Below, in pieces: positions 38,199-51,119 of a DNA stretch of 64,000 nt. The stretch's first letter is position 1; the number at the start of each line of letters is the position of its first letter. Position numbers and translations under genes: made by a program. Source of the stretch: Octopus sinensis (Eukaryota); the NCBI RefSeq assembly GCF_006345805.1, contig NC_042998.1, positions 54,002,001-54,066,000 on the forward strand. Direction: 5' to 3'. The notes below the pieces were generated by a model. It made no database searches. It saw only the letters and a list, made by a program, of their open reading frames with translations, and was not told the origin of the DNA.

Positions 38199-39419
38199 TA
38201 TGTGTCTTTGTGTCTGTCAGCCATCACTGCATGACAGTTACATCCCTGTAACTTAGAAGTTCAGCAATAGAGGCTGATAAAATAAGTACTAGGCTTAAAA
38301 AAAAAATTAAGTCCTGGGGTCAATTTGTTCAACTAAAATTCTTCAGGGCAGTGCCCCAGCATGGTCAAAGTCAAATGACTGAAACAAGTAAAAAAAAAAA
38401 AAAAAAAGTCTGGTTTTGATTCACATTTGGAACTACTTCTTATAATGTTTTGGCAGAAAAGTATGAATGTCACAATTTCCTGTTACAATTCTACAATAAT
38501 GCTAAAATTTCCTAACTAATTGAAATTATTTTATTAGGTGAAAATCTTGAGAGAATGGTATTTTTACTTTTATTCAGAAATATAAGCTAACAAAAAACCA
38601 ATTAATTTTTATTCTGGCACGATAAATTTGCTGGAGGATAATAAGTTCCCATCAGTTTTATTTTTATTATATTTAAAAAAAATTTAATATTTTTATGCTT
38701 TTGTTTTTCTTTAGGATTTAATTTGAAACTAATCTAATTGAAATTAAACTTGTTTTACTCTTATAACTAAACAAACTCCTATGACCACAGACAAGCACAT
38801 GTGCATGTGGGAGCACGCCATATTTAAAAGTACACATTCACAAATACACACACACACAAACACATATATATGTGTATGTATTTATATATACATATGTAAA
38901 GTATACATATACATACATGTGTCTGTGCATGTGTGTACAACTGTTTTATTCATTTCTATTAAGTCTGAGATTTTTCTTTTTTATGGCTTATTTAGGTGAT
39001 TATTCATATCCCTGTCTCTTTGAATCAACTCATTTTCGTGGGGTGGGGCTACACTGCTTTCTCTGAATTTCAATATTTATGTCAAATGATACATCAGTTT
39101 TTTTTTCACTGTTATCATTCGTGTTAGATATCTTATTTATAATTAACAACATAAAATAGTATTATTTATTAACCACACAAATACCTAAGACCTTCCAACA
39201 TAAATGAGTTTGTAGTCATTTCTAAGATAACAATTCATCAAAACTAGTCATTTGTTATAAAAGACCAGTAGTGAAGTACCGTTGTATCATAGTTCAGTCA
39301 TTAAAATTTTTTTTAAATATATTTTTTATGCTTATTTTTTTGTGTAAAATGCAATGAAATGTCTGATATTGATCGTAGAAGAAGTGGGGCTATGTAATCT
39401 CTTGTACAGGTAAATTGAA

Positions 39420-39730
39420 GGAAGGTGGCTTAGTGGTAAGAGCATTTTACTCACAATTATTTGGTTGTGAGTTCGATTCCCAGTGATGCATTGTATCCTT
39501 GAGCAAGACTCTTTATTTCATACTGTTCCAGTCACTCAGCTGGCAAAATTGAGTTGTACCTGTAATTCAGCCTTGTTCCATTCTGTGCCATGCTGAATTT
39601 CTCTGAGAATTGTGTTAAGGGTATGCATGTCTGTGGAATACTCAGCCACCTAAACATTAATTTCACAAGTAGGCTGTTCCATTGATTGAATCAGCTGGAA
39701 CCCTTGTCATCGTAACTGACAGAGAACCAG
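39420..39730 (+). mobile_element. tRNA-derived SINE (family D)
   Basis: GTGGCTTAGTGGTAAGAGC (A box), GAGTTCGATTCC (B box), CCTTGAGCAAG; tail homologous to inverted 53465-53560. Confidence 0.75.
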
Positions 39731-40289
39731 TTATGTAGATAAATAATTCATTGTTTGAACTTTAGTTGAGCCAGATGCTTTCACAGTAGTCTTTAATGCT
39801 TTCATTACCATATTTATTTTAAGATGCTCTGTGTTTCTTTCAATTAATTTTAAATATAACATAGAATTTATAAAAATAGCCTAGTTATCATTAAGCTAGT
39901 GTTAAGAACATGAATTGTGACCAAGGTTTGGTGACGTTTGTACTACAGAGTTAGATGTGGTTTCAGCTGGGTTGATATCAAAAGGGTTAAGTATCAGATT
40001 TTTTGGCATGCAATTCGATGTAGTATATAATTTAAACACTCAAACACTATCACTCTCTATCCAAATTCTACTGTTTTTCACTTGGAAGTTTTTGGCCCTT
40101 GAAAGTTATCTTTATGAGTAAGTTCACCTAAAATTTTGGTGTAAATTTTAGACTGAAAAATTTGACCTGTATGCTGGGAAATATGGTATATTGTTGAGAG
40201 AGTTATTCAAAGTAGTAGTAAAAGAGTATCAGAAGCTATTTCTATGCTTTTTAAAAGTATATACATGATAGATGTCCTTTCCCTTTCCT

Positions 40290-40735
40290 GGCACACAAAA
40301 GGCACCATTCAAGTGTGATCGTTACCAGCTTCGCCTTACTGGCACTTGTGACCCGTGCTAGTAGGGTGCTAGGAGCACCATCCGAGCATGATCGCTGCCA
40401 GAGCGGCTAACTGGCTTCCATGCTGGTGGCATGTAGGAGGCACCATTCAAGCAGGATTGTTACCAGCATCGCCTTACTGGCACCTGTGTCATTGGCATGT
40501 TTAAAAAATTTGAGCGAGGTCATTGCCAGTACTGCCTGACTGGCCCCCATGCCGGTGGCACATAAAAGCACCCACTACATTCTCGGAGTGGTTGACGTTA
40601 GGAAGGGCATCCAGCTGTAGAAACACTGCCAGATCAAGACTGGAGCCTGGTGCAGCCATCTGGTTCGCCAGCCCACAGTCAAACCATCCAACCCATGCTA
40701 GCATAGAAAGCGGACGTTAAATGACAATGATGATT
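40290..40735 (+). mobile_element. RTE-family 3' UTR fragment
   Basis: Modular 3' UTR and conserved end, similar to 10644-11070. Confidence 0.8.
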
Positions 40736-40930
40736 ATAGGCACAAGGACAAAAATTTAGGGGGAAGGGAGCAAATTAATTACATCAAATTCAATACCTGA
40801 CTGGTACTTATTTTATCAATACCAAAAGGATGAAAGGATAAGTCGACCCCAGTGGAAAAGCTGGAAGAAATACCACTAAGCATTTTGTCCAGCATGCTTC
40901 CGAAAATAGCACTAGTTGAGCTAACAAGTA

Positions 40931-41495
40931 AGATATCTGAATAGCAAGAAATGCTGTATTTCAACAGCATATCTAAATACCTTTCAACTAAATACATTCG
41001 CTATGTTAGAAAGAAAAATATTTAAAATTTCTACTGACAACAAATATTTCATTTTTGCCTTATAGGCAATCTATGAGACAATGCAAAACTTCATTAATCA
41101 CTGATATTTGTATATGTCTTTGGCAGTAATTATTCAGATTTTGGACAAAGAGTAAATAGGTTTACTTCCTATTTTCAATGAAATTTTAAAATGTCTTTTT
41201 GAATGATTACATTAGAAGCTCTACAAAAAAAAAATATTTTCTGTGAGATTTCTGAAGTTAACAAAGTCTGAAGCCAAGTTTTTTATGTAAATGGACAATT
41301 ACTTGGAAATATTTCTGAACACTTGTCAAGATTAAGAGTCGTAATATGTAGTTTCAAGGAAAGATAATATCTCAAACTTCCTAATATACCTTCTTATTTA
41401 ATAAAACCCCAGAAATCTTTTTCCAAACATTTTTTCTTGTTTATTTCACATTAAAACAATGGTAATTATATTTTATCAGACACAAAATTTATAGA
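40931..41495 (+). repeat. Copy 1 of a ~560-bp dispersed duplication
   Basis: Co-linear with 56265-56825; 79-bp identical core at 41035-41113. Confidence 0.9.
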
Positions 41496-41503
41496 CAAAT
41501 TAG

Positions 41504-41547
<44 letters not shown>

Positions 41548-41675
41548 TTAATGTAGGATAAAATTTTTTTCAAAAAAAAAAATTTTTTTCAAAAAAAAAA
41601 ATTTTTTTCAAAAAAAAAAAATTTTATCAATGGCCAGCATATTAAAAAATACCTTTAAAGGTTAAAATTATAAAC

Positions 41676-42000
41676 AACTTATAAATAAGGGCAAATGAAA
41701 AAATTTCTAATGCCAAATATGCCGAAATTGGACATATTGTCCATAACTATATAATTTTACACAATACACATGCTACTCGAAAAAAGGTCGACAGAAATTT
41801 CTAAAAAATTCCATTATTACCATATCGGACTGATTTCAGGGTTAGTTCATAAGAACCCTCCCTTCGTCAGTGATAAATGTGGCAAAGAAATAAATGACAG
41901 TAGCGTGCGTATTGTGTAAAATTATATGGTTATGGACAATATGTCCAATTTAGGCATATTTGGCATTAGAAATTTTTTCATTTGCCCTTATTTTTAAGTT
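41676..42000. mobile_element. Fold-back element in (TA)n with ~100-bp inverted arms
   Basis: 41676-41777 is the reverse complement of 41899-42000; the loop carries a hammerhead motif. Confidence 0.75.
41823..41875 (-). ncRNA. Type I hammerhead ribozyme-like motif
   Basis: TATCA-CTGACGA-AGGG...CCCT-GAAA-TCAG-TC-CGATA; intact catalytic boxes and GUC triplet; stem III and one stem I pair degenerate. Confidence 0.65.
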
Positions 42001-42013
42001 ATATATATATATG

Positions 42014-42054
<41 letters not shown>

Positions 42055-42239
42055 CCCACAGATAAGATCCAGTAATTATCCATATAGAAGACACTTAGCT
42101 GTGCTCAAAAGATTCAAACTTAGACAGGGGATCGATTCCACCAGGTAAAGAAAGGCTATAAGAGGGATCAAGTTGAGAGGGTACAGAGGCAATTATACAG
42201 ATAAACAAATTAGATACATTAATATTATATTTTGGGTTT

Positions 42240-42698
42240 GATATGTATATATGTGTATGTATGTATCTATGTAAATATGTATGTATGTGTGTATATATGT
42301 ATATGCATGTAGGTGTATATATATATGTATGTGTATGTATGTATATATATATATATATATGTATATATTATATATGTATTTATATATATATATGTATATA
42401 TTATATATGTATTTATATATATGTATATACATTATGTATTTATATATGTGTATATACATTATGTATTTATATATATGTATATACATTATGTATTTATATA
42501 TATATGTATATACATTATGTATTTATATATATATATATATATATATAACAAATGCGCAACCGGTAAAAAGAACTTTCACCTAATTAAATTACTTAAATTA
42601 CTTCAATTATTTGTCAGCATTTTCTTCATTTCCTTTTTTATATATATATATGTATATACATTATGTATTTACATATATATATATGTATATACATTATG

Positions 42699-42732
<34 letters not shown>
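42240..42732. repeat. TA-rich minisatellite (unit about ATATGTATATACATTATGTATTTAT)
   Basis: Repeated ~26-30 nt units embedded in (TA)n. Confidence 0.9.
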
Positions 42733-42737
<5 letters not shown>

Positions 42738-42869
42738 ATTTACAGCTATATAGTACCCCAGCCAACAACGTTCAGGAGTGGGATGAAATCCTTTAGCACA
42801 TGTTTCCAAAGTGAATTTCTGAACCATGTAGCCATACCTGCACCTATCCTATCATTCTAACTAGATATG

Positions 42870-44136
42870 TCCAAGAAAAAAAAATTTCTTTACAAACTAG
42901 TTTTCTCTTCAAAATCCATATCAACAGAAATTGCTTCAGCCATTTACTTTCGACAAGCTTGATATAAAAATGAATTAAATATGAAGCAAACATTTCTTGG
43001 CCTTATGAATACTATGTGCTAATTTCTGGCATAGAGTAAGAGCCATCAACTGAATATATTCATTCTGCACTAACTGCGATAAATATGATATTGTTCCAGG
43101 ATGCTTTTGCACATTACTGAGATGTTCTTTCATGACAGAATCAAAGTTTGCCAATAATTTTCATAACCTCAAAAATTTCCAAAGTAACTTTCCTCTCCTT
43201 GTCTATGGGATTTCTTGTGATCATGGAATATAAGATTTTTAGTTGTTAAAGATTTTATGCAATGGAGAATTCTGTGGTAAGCATCTTGCTATTTTTGTTT
43301 TTCTTATACAGCATAAGCCAAATCATTCATGTGAATGATTTCTCTGTTCTCCAAAAGATATTCTTTCCATTCTCTTCCATTGGGTAAAGCCCATCGATAT
43401 ATTCTTTTTCTTTTTTAATTTTTTTTTTCCTGTTCTGTTTTTCCCTTATCATGGAAGCTAAACCTTTCTGGTATTTTCTGATGATCGAATCCATTTTCTT
43501 GCTCAAGTGAAGTCTGATTGGCATTTTAGGAAAATAAGCAAACAACAAAAGCTGAATTCTGCTTTCTTTAGAGAATAAACAAACCATGAGTGCCAAACTT
43601 TTTCTCCACATCTGTTTTCCAACATTCCTTTAAATCATCTTTCATTCATTGATTGGTTTTGTGTGAGAACAAAATGGACCTTTACTATTTTGAGAATACT
43701 TCAAAACCAATGCAAACATTTCTGTCCACAGGGCATCTGATAAAATTACATTCTTGATAATTTATCAAATTCCAAGAAACCTACAACATGATGCTGAATT
43801 GCAAACGGTTGTATGCCATTCTGTGTTTTCCTGCTTTTCGATATTCAAACTTTTAGAAACTTCTGTCTCTTTGAAAGATATTTCTAGTTCTTAAACACAT
43901 CTAATTCTCCTTCTAATAAACTGGTGGGTTGGTCTAAATTCACATCTTATGCTCTGATGCTGAGGGAAAAGTAAACTATGCAACAAGGAATGACATCAGA
44001 AAATCACTTTCATCATTTTTAGTTATTTTTCTTTTTCTTTTTGGCTTTTAGCTTCTACTTTTTGCATTCTTCATTTCTTCCTACTTTCTGGCTGACATAG
44101 ATTCATCTTCAGCATTACTAATGTTCACTTCATGGT
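42870..44136 (-). mobile_element. Decayed hAT transposase (ZMYM1/DUF4371-like, TTF-type zinc finger)
   Basis: Manual translation WFVYSLKKAEFSFCCLLIF and YFGNF..KIIGKL/DSVMKEHLSNVQKHPGTISYLSQLVQNEYIQLMA, matching the GNF...L.EHL...YLS...QNE.I pattern; many frameshifts. Confidence 0.7.
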
Positions 44137-44293
44137 CTAAAAAAAAAAACAGAAACACACACACACATAAAATATGCACATATATTTACACAATCATGCA
44201 TTAGAGGTGTTAAAATAGTGAAGTATCCAATACTGGTAGCTGATACTGATGATTTTGTTGCACTAATATTCATAGTAAATATTATTATCAATA

Positions 44294-44540
44294 CAGTTCT
44301 ATATTTAAGAGATGCGGAATTGTGCACATTATCTACATTCAATAGATATTTGTCCTCATCTTGTTTGTTGTTAACACGTTTTGGCTGATAGTTGTCTTGG
44401 GGTAATTTCGAACCTGGGTTCTCATTCCTAAAGTATTTTTCAATGTTATTATTATTATAATCATTGTTCAGGTCACTGCTTGGAATCGAACTCGGAATCT
44501 TGGGGGTAGTAGCCTGTGCTCTTAACCACTACGCCCATGG
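44294..44540 (-). mobile_element. tRNA-headed SINE-like element
   Basis: Minus strand GGGCGTAGTGGTTAAGAGC (A box) and GAGTTCGATTCC (B box), then an (AAT)n stretch and unique tail. Confidence 0.7.
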
Positions 44541-44566
44541 GCATATGGCATATGTGTGTGTGTGTG

Positions 44567-44662
<96 letters not shown>

Positions 44663-45000
44663 TACACACATACATGTATACATAGCAATAATAACAATAA
44701 CCCTTGGATGTTTATCCTTTTGACCAGTGAAAGGTTGTGTGGTATTTCTGAGTTATGTGGGTATTTCTGTGGGTATTTGGTGGGGTAGAGGGAATGGTGA
44801 TGGAAATAGAGAAAGGAATGGTTATTATATGGAGGTGTGTGTGGTGATGTTGGACCTATGTTGCTATTCAGTCTGCAGATGTCAAGGATGGGTGATACAT
44901 TCCCTTGTTTAATCTGAATTAGGTATGACTATAGAATCATCATATCAGGTGCTATAAGTGTTCCATAAGGCAAAATGGTATAGGAGGGATTATTCATAAT

Positions 45001-45420
45001 AACAATTGTGTCATGGCCAAAACCAGATGTAATTGTTTGGATAAAAATTTATGCCTGCTTTCTGGTCACTGTATGGCTGAAAAGGTAGTGTTCAGGTGTA
45101 CAATAACAACAGAGGATAACATCTATGTCTATATAGGTTGCACCATAGATCTGTAAAAGAGATTAAGCAACCATCTATCATCTTTTAAACTGAGACACAG
45201 AGCTGGTAGAACATCATTAGCCATGAAAGTTTGGGAGCTCAAGGACAATGTTAGATTCAGTATAAAATAGGATATAATTAGGGTGACAAAACCATACTCA
45301 AACAGCAGATATGAGTGCCGACCATGCTGTATGGAGATAAAGGAAATATTGAAGTATGAGAATAGTGAAAATTTAATTAATAATAAATTGGACCTTTGTC
45401 TTTCATGTATTCATGAAGTA
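45001..45420 (+). mobile_element. PLE GIY-YIG endonuclease relic (Neptune-like, Cys-rich)
   Basis: One frame: RCNCLDKNLCLLSGHCMAEKVVFRC...YVYIGCT...KRLSNHLSSF...TSLAMKVWELK...ECRPCCMEIKEI...CIH, with two stops. Confidence 0.8.
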
Positions 45421-47199
45421 ACCCATACCTTTAAATACTTTAAAGGTATTACCTAACCTCTCAATTTAGTTTTTAGCCAATGTTACACTCATTATTTTTT
45501 CATATATAGGCCTGTACACTCTAACTACTGGTATGATCAACTAGTGAATTTTTTCCTATTCACCTAGTTTTTATCCCCAATCAATTTATATACTTGTAAT
45601 CTATTATAGGTGTTGTATGTGATAAAGAAAGAACACATCATCTAACTCTATTAAGCTGTGACTGAGCATTTATTTTTTTTCTCATCGGATCTAATCATAT
45701 ATAATAGTGGCCCATACATTTTAATTAATCATTAATCTTCATTACAGTTATAAAACAAACTAGAGATGTAACTAATGGATAGCTACATACCCGATAACTT
45801 ACAAATGATACTGATCTGGTACACCCTCTTCTCCTCTTTGTATTATGTGATACATATCAAATAATTTTTTGTTTTACTCTTAGAACTCTATAATTTGAAT
45901 AACAGGTTGTACACTAGTACCACTACCCATTTAAAATACTTTCTTTTAGATATACATATATCTGTTTATAACCTATTTTGGATTTCTATTGGTATCCTAC
46001 AGATCTTGTACCTGACTCTGAAAATCATTGCACAAGATACCGCCAATCTTTGATAATTAGTTTTAATTATCAGCATTCTCATAAACCCCTTATTCTGCTT
46101 TATATCATTTTTGAGTTCATTGTATTATTCTCCTATATTAATCCTGTTTTGTTTAGTGTACAACTACCTCTAAACATCTCAGTAGTTGATATATGATCCT
46201 TATTATTGTGCTGGTTATTATGAATTATTATTGCTTCTATATCTATATTTTCATCATTTATACAATTTCACCTATACCACTTAGGTAATATTATCTCCCA
46301 CTCTCATTATTGTCACCACCATCTCCCATTATTATCCTGAACCCCAATTTAAGATTTTCTTCTTCTCTTCAATTTTTAAGTAAAATTATGTTGCACTTTT
46401 ATTAAATGCTTAATTGCTTTAAGTATCCTTTATCTTCCTTTCATCTCCATCTGTCATAAAGTAAAATAAAATCTAATAAAATGATACATATTTAATTAAC
46501 TCAAACATTATCATGCAGGCTGTGATAATGAACTAGACTGCCTAGCTCTTTTCTCTCTCCCACTCCAAACATGCTCACTAGCTACCTTGAAGCCATAAAC
46601 CTTTTGTACACCCTACCCACTAACTAATATCAACCTAGCTTTGCTTTCTTCTCTCGTTCCAAGCCAGACTTGGCTGGAATCAGGTTTAGTTCGTCCACTG
46701 TGGTCAAGTGTTGTTCTTATATTGTTTGAAATGCCATGTATCAGCTGAAGAAAGCTGTTTTTTATGTTATGATGTAATGTACTCATTATTCTATTTTTAA
46801 AATCTGTTGGAAACAACTGTAATGTAGAAACATTTAGCCATCATTTGTTATTTATTTGTTTGTGTGTGTGTGTGCGTATGCATACAATGTGCTTCTTTCA
46901 GTTTCCATCTACCAAATTCACTCACAAGGCTTTGGTTGGCACAAGGCTATAGCAGAAGACACTTGCCCAAGGTGCCATGCAGTGGGATTGAACATGGAAT
47001 CATGTGGTCAGGACGCAAGTTTCTTACCACACATCCACATATATAAATACAAGAAATCATTTGTTAATAAGTATTTTATGTGAATGAAATTTCATTTTGT
47101 AAATTAGAAACCTTAATAGAGAATCAACCAATAACAAAAATTCCTTTTGTAAATTAAAACTCTTAAATATGAATCAAACAACTTTATGTTGGGAGTTTA

Positions 47200-47590
47200 C
47201 TCTTTTACTTGTTTCAGTCGTTTGACTGTGGGCATGCTGGAGCACTGCATTTAGTCAAACAAATCGACTCCAGGACTTATTCTTTGTAAGCCTAGTACTT
47301 ATTCTATCGGTCTCTTTTGCCGAACCGCTAAGTTACGGGGACGTAAACACACCACCATCGGTTGTCAAGCGATGTTGGGGGGACAAGCACATACAAATAC
47401 ATATATATATATATATATATATACACAACGGGCTCCTTTCAGTTTCTGTCTAGCAAATCCACTTACAAGGCTTTTGGTCAGCCCAAGGCTATCGTTGAAG
47501 ACACTTGCCCAAGGTGCCGCACAGTGGGAATGAACCTGGAACCATGTGGTTATTAAGCAAGCTACTTACCACACAGCCACTCCTGTGCCT
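47200..47590 (-). mobile_element. SINE family A, full length
   Basis: Reverse complement of 56900-57305. Confidence 0.9.
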
Positions 47591-47605
47591 ATTTAAATGA
47601 CTAAC

Positions 47606-47650
47606 AACCTCAATCGATTTTCAAACCTTATTGGGTTCTCATCAGAGGCG
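47606..47650 (-). ncRNA. Degenerate minimal hammerhead motif
   Basis: GCCT-CTGATGA-GAACC-CAATAA-GGTTT-GAAA-ATCGAT-TG-AGGT; G at the cleavage position predicts inactivity. Confidence 0.5.
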
Positions 47651-48859
47651 TCCACATCATTATGACAGCCTCTAGAAGTTTGAATATTTTAAATTTAAAT
47701 GCAACAAAAAGGACCAATGTACATATGATATTGGATCTATTTCTTTCCTGCATCTTTACCTGTATCACTCACAGATAAGAGATTACTTTAAAACAATGTT
47801 TCATTCTTTTAAGATATTTATTCTTTTGCTTGTTTTAGTCATCAGATTGTGGCCATGCTGGGGGCACCATCTTGGAGAATTATAGTCAAACCAATCAACT
47901 CCAGTTTTCATTGTTTTTAGTTTTTACTATTAGTTATAGCTTTAGTCAAGGTGGCAAGCTGGCAGAATCATTAGAATGCCAAGGGAAATGCTTAGTAGTA
48001 TTTTGTCTGCTGCTATGTTTTGAGTTCAAATTCTGCCTAGGTTGACTTTTCCATTCATCCTTTTGGGATCGATAAATTAAGCACCAGTGAAATCTTAAGG
48101 TCGATGTAATTGACTAGTTCTCATCTTCCAAAATTTCAGGCCTTGTGCCATTAAGTAGAAAGGATTATTTATAGCTTTAGTTGCTTTAAGATCCACTCTT
48201 CCAAAAGAACAAAAATTGTTATTTTGCATTCTTTCAAAGATTTTTATTTTCTTATGATATCAGTTTCAAACATATTCTGTATTGGTATCCACTGTATTCC
48301 ACATATTTCTTCAATAATTTACATAATCCTTGGCTACTAATCTTCTAAAAATTTGATGCTTGTTACTTTGAAACTTTAAATTTTATGGTAAGAATTCTAT
48401 TGAATTACAAACTAAATTAAATTGCAAACTAATTAAATTAGAATTGACCTACAGACAAAGTCACAGAGTTGTTGGAATCAATTAAGAATCTCATTGTTCT
48501 TCCCATAAACGTTTGCATATTGCTTTAGAAACAGCAGAAACTTGTTTTTTTTAGATCCTAGCAGAAAAACAAAAATATTGTATTTCGTTTTTGGATTGCA
48601 AGATTATTTATGTGAGTGTAAATAATGGACAGAGTCAAGATTATTGAAAAGGTTGCAAGACGCAACGAAAATTTTAGGAAAATAAGAAATAAGTGGAAAT
48701 TTTACCAGTGAGTGTGTTAAATTATAAGGCATGAAAAGAAAATGACTCTCCCCAGACAACAAAATTATTGTATATCCCCAAATGCTGCAGTAGACATTCA
48801 AAAAAATCTATTGATTATGAAAATAAGTGTGTATTTTCACATATCCTATGTGAGTTTCA

Positions 48860-49420
48860 CCTGATCATTCTCTGCTACTGACAAAGATTGGTGATCATAG
48901 AACTTGGAATGCTCTATCCCATACTTCCTTAACAACATTCAGTGTATTCACAGTACCACTTTGACATAGTGTTTTTTTTTTTTATTCTTTAGGCCCAGTT
49001 TTGAGCCTCAACTAATTGTATGTCTAACTGTAGATTTTTCACATAATCTACACAAAGGTGATACTGTTGTCTTTTATCAATACTACACTTGATTGAATTG
49101 GTCCATAATGCTTGTTCTTGAGTAGCAAAAATCAGTCCTTCCGTCTCCTTCTTTAATAAAACATGTCTTAACCATCACCAGGATTCTTTATCTGCTTCAT
49201 CCAATGCTTGCTGGAAAAACTCTGTGCAGGATTCTCTCTTTTTAGTTAATGATCTTTTCTCTATTTTGTTCTTATTTTGTACTCCTGGAGGGTTTCACCA
49301 TTGTCATTGATTCCCTTCTCCCTCAGCACAGCCTGTAACATCCTTTCATCACTGTTCCTCAGATAGGCATGCAAGGAATCGATCTCCTTCATAAGATATT
49401 CCACTATTCCACCAAGCATA
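48860..49420 (-). mobile_element. R4/Dong-clade LINE relic (post-RT region)
   Basis: KKETEGLIFATQEQALWTNSIK motif; appears to continue the 50840-51110 fragment across a nested insertion. Confidence 0.75.
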
Positions 49421-49585
49421 GGAGAGGCTGTGTGGTAAGTAGCTTGCTTACGAACCACATGGTTCTGGGCTCAAACCCACTGCATGGCACCTTGGGAAAG
49501 TGTCTTCTACTATAGCTTCGGGCCGACCAAAGCTTTGTGAGTGGATTTGGTAGACAGAAACTGAAAGAAGCTCGTTGTATATATG

Positions 49586-49648
<63 letters not shown>

Positions 49649-49650
<2 letters not shown>

Positions 49651-50645
49651 TCATCATCGTTTAACGTCCGCTTTCCATGCTAGCATGGGTTGGACGGTTC
49701 AACTGGGGTCTGGCAAGCCCGAAGGCTGCACCAGGCCAGTCAGATCTGGCAGTGTTTCTACAGCTGGATGCCCTTCCTAACGCCAACCACTCCGAGAGTG
49801 TAGTGGGTGATTTTATGTGCCACCGACACAGGTGCCAGACGAGGTTGGCAGACGGCCACGCTCGGATGGTGTTTTTTTGTGCCACCAACACAGGTGCCAG
49901 ACGAGGCTGGCAGACAGCCACGCTTGGATGGTGTTTGTTACGTGCCCTCAGCACAGAGGCCAGTCGATGCGGTACTGGCTACGGTCACGTTCGGATGGAT
50001 TTCTTATGTGCCACCGGCACTGGTACCACAAGGATACAAATTCCATTGATGTTCATCTATTTTGATTTGTTTGATTTGATTTGATTTTCACTTGCCTCAA
50101 CAGGTCTTCACAAGTGTCACAAGAAGGAAGGTATGCACAGGTGGACTGACTATGTCCCAGGTAGAGGCCACGGGTTATGGCTTCACTAGTCTTGCCGGGT
50201 CTTCTCACGCACAGCATACTTCCATAGGTCTTGGTCTCTAGTCATTTCCATGGTGAGACCTAACGTCCGAAGGTCGTGCTTCACCACCTCGTCCCAGGTT
50301 TTCCTGGGTCTACCTCTTCCACGGGTTCCCTCAACTGCTAGGGATTGGCACTTTCTCACACACCTATCTTCATCCATTCTCACCACATGACCATACCAGC
50401 GCAATCGTCTCTCTTGCACACCACAACTGATGCTTCTTAGGTACAACATTTCTCTCAAGGTACTAACGCTCTGTCGAGTAAGTACACTGACATTACACAT
50501 CCATCGGAGCATACTGGCTTCATTCCTCACGAGCTTACGCATGTCCTCAGCAGTCACGGTCCATGTTTCACTGCCATGTAGCATGGCTGTTCGTACACAT
50601 GCATCATACAGTCTGCCTTTTACTCTGAGCGAGAGGCCTTTTGTC
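49649..50645 (-). mobile_element. 5'-truncated RTE-clade LINE with open C-terminal ORF
   Basis: ORF 50186..50647 KGLSLRVKGRLYDACVRTAMLHGSETW...RRLRWYGHVVRM...RGRGRPRKTWDEVV; single 3' UTR unit; (GAT)n tail; lies in the (TA)n of a family A SINE (49421-50835). Confidence 0.9.
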
Positions 50646-50839
50646 ATATATATATATATGTATGTATATATATGTTTGTGTGTCTGTGTTTGTCCGCCCC
50701 AACATGGCTTGACAACCGATGCTGGTGCGTTTACATCCCCATAACTTAGCTGTTTGCCAAAAGAGACCGATAGAATAAGTATAAGTCCTGGGGTCGATTT
50801 GCTCGATTAAAGGCGGTGCTGCAGCATGGCCACAGTATT

Positions 50840-51110
50840 CTAACCAATCCTCTTCCACTTTCCTTCCTAAGTAAGTAAAGCATTACTTCTAGTATGAAGA
50901 CACCTATTCACAGCAATTACCTTCCTAGTTTTTCTGTCCCTGTTAATCAGTTCTTCCTTTATCCATTCCACAACTCCCATTCAGTAGCATATCACACCTA
51001 CAGCCTAAATGTTGATGCTCTAATCAGGTTTCCTCCCTTTCGTTTGGATCTACATAGTTTAAGTTGGTGATGATCTCTTGTCAAAACCAGGGTTAATACT
51101 TTCTGAACAT
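50840..51110 (-). mobile_element. R4/Dong LINE relic (RT thumb region)
   Basis: SKRKGGNLIRA..., resembling the L.SKLNGGNLIRAINT motif. Confidence 0.6.
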
Positions 51111-51119
51111 AGTTTAGGG

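Noticed and set aside
41035-41113. SECIS element on the minus strand (ATGAA...TGAA with flanking helices)
   Set aside because: Helix II is short and interrupted, and the apical AA motif is absent.
43327-43611. 94-aa ORF as a host gene
   Set aside because: It lies in a frameshifted hAT transposase relic; the recognisable motifs are in other frames.
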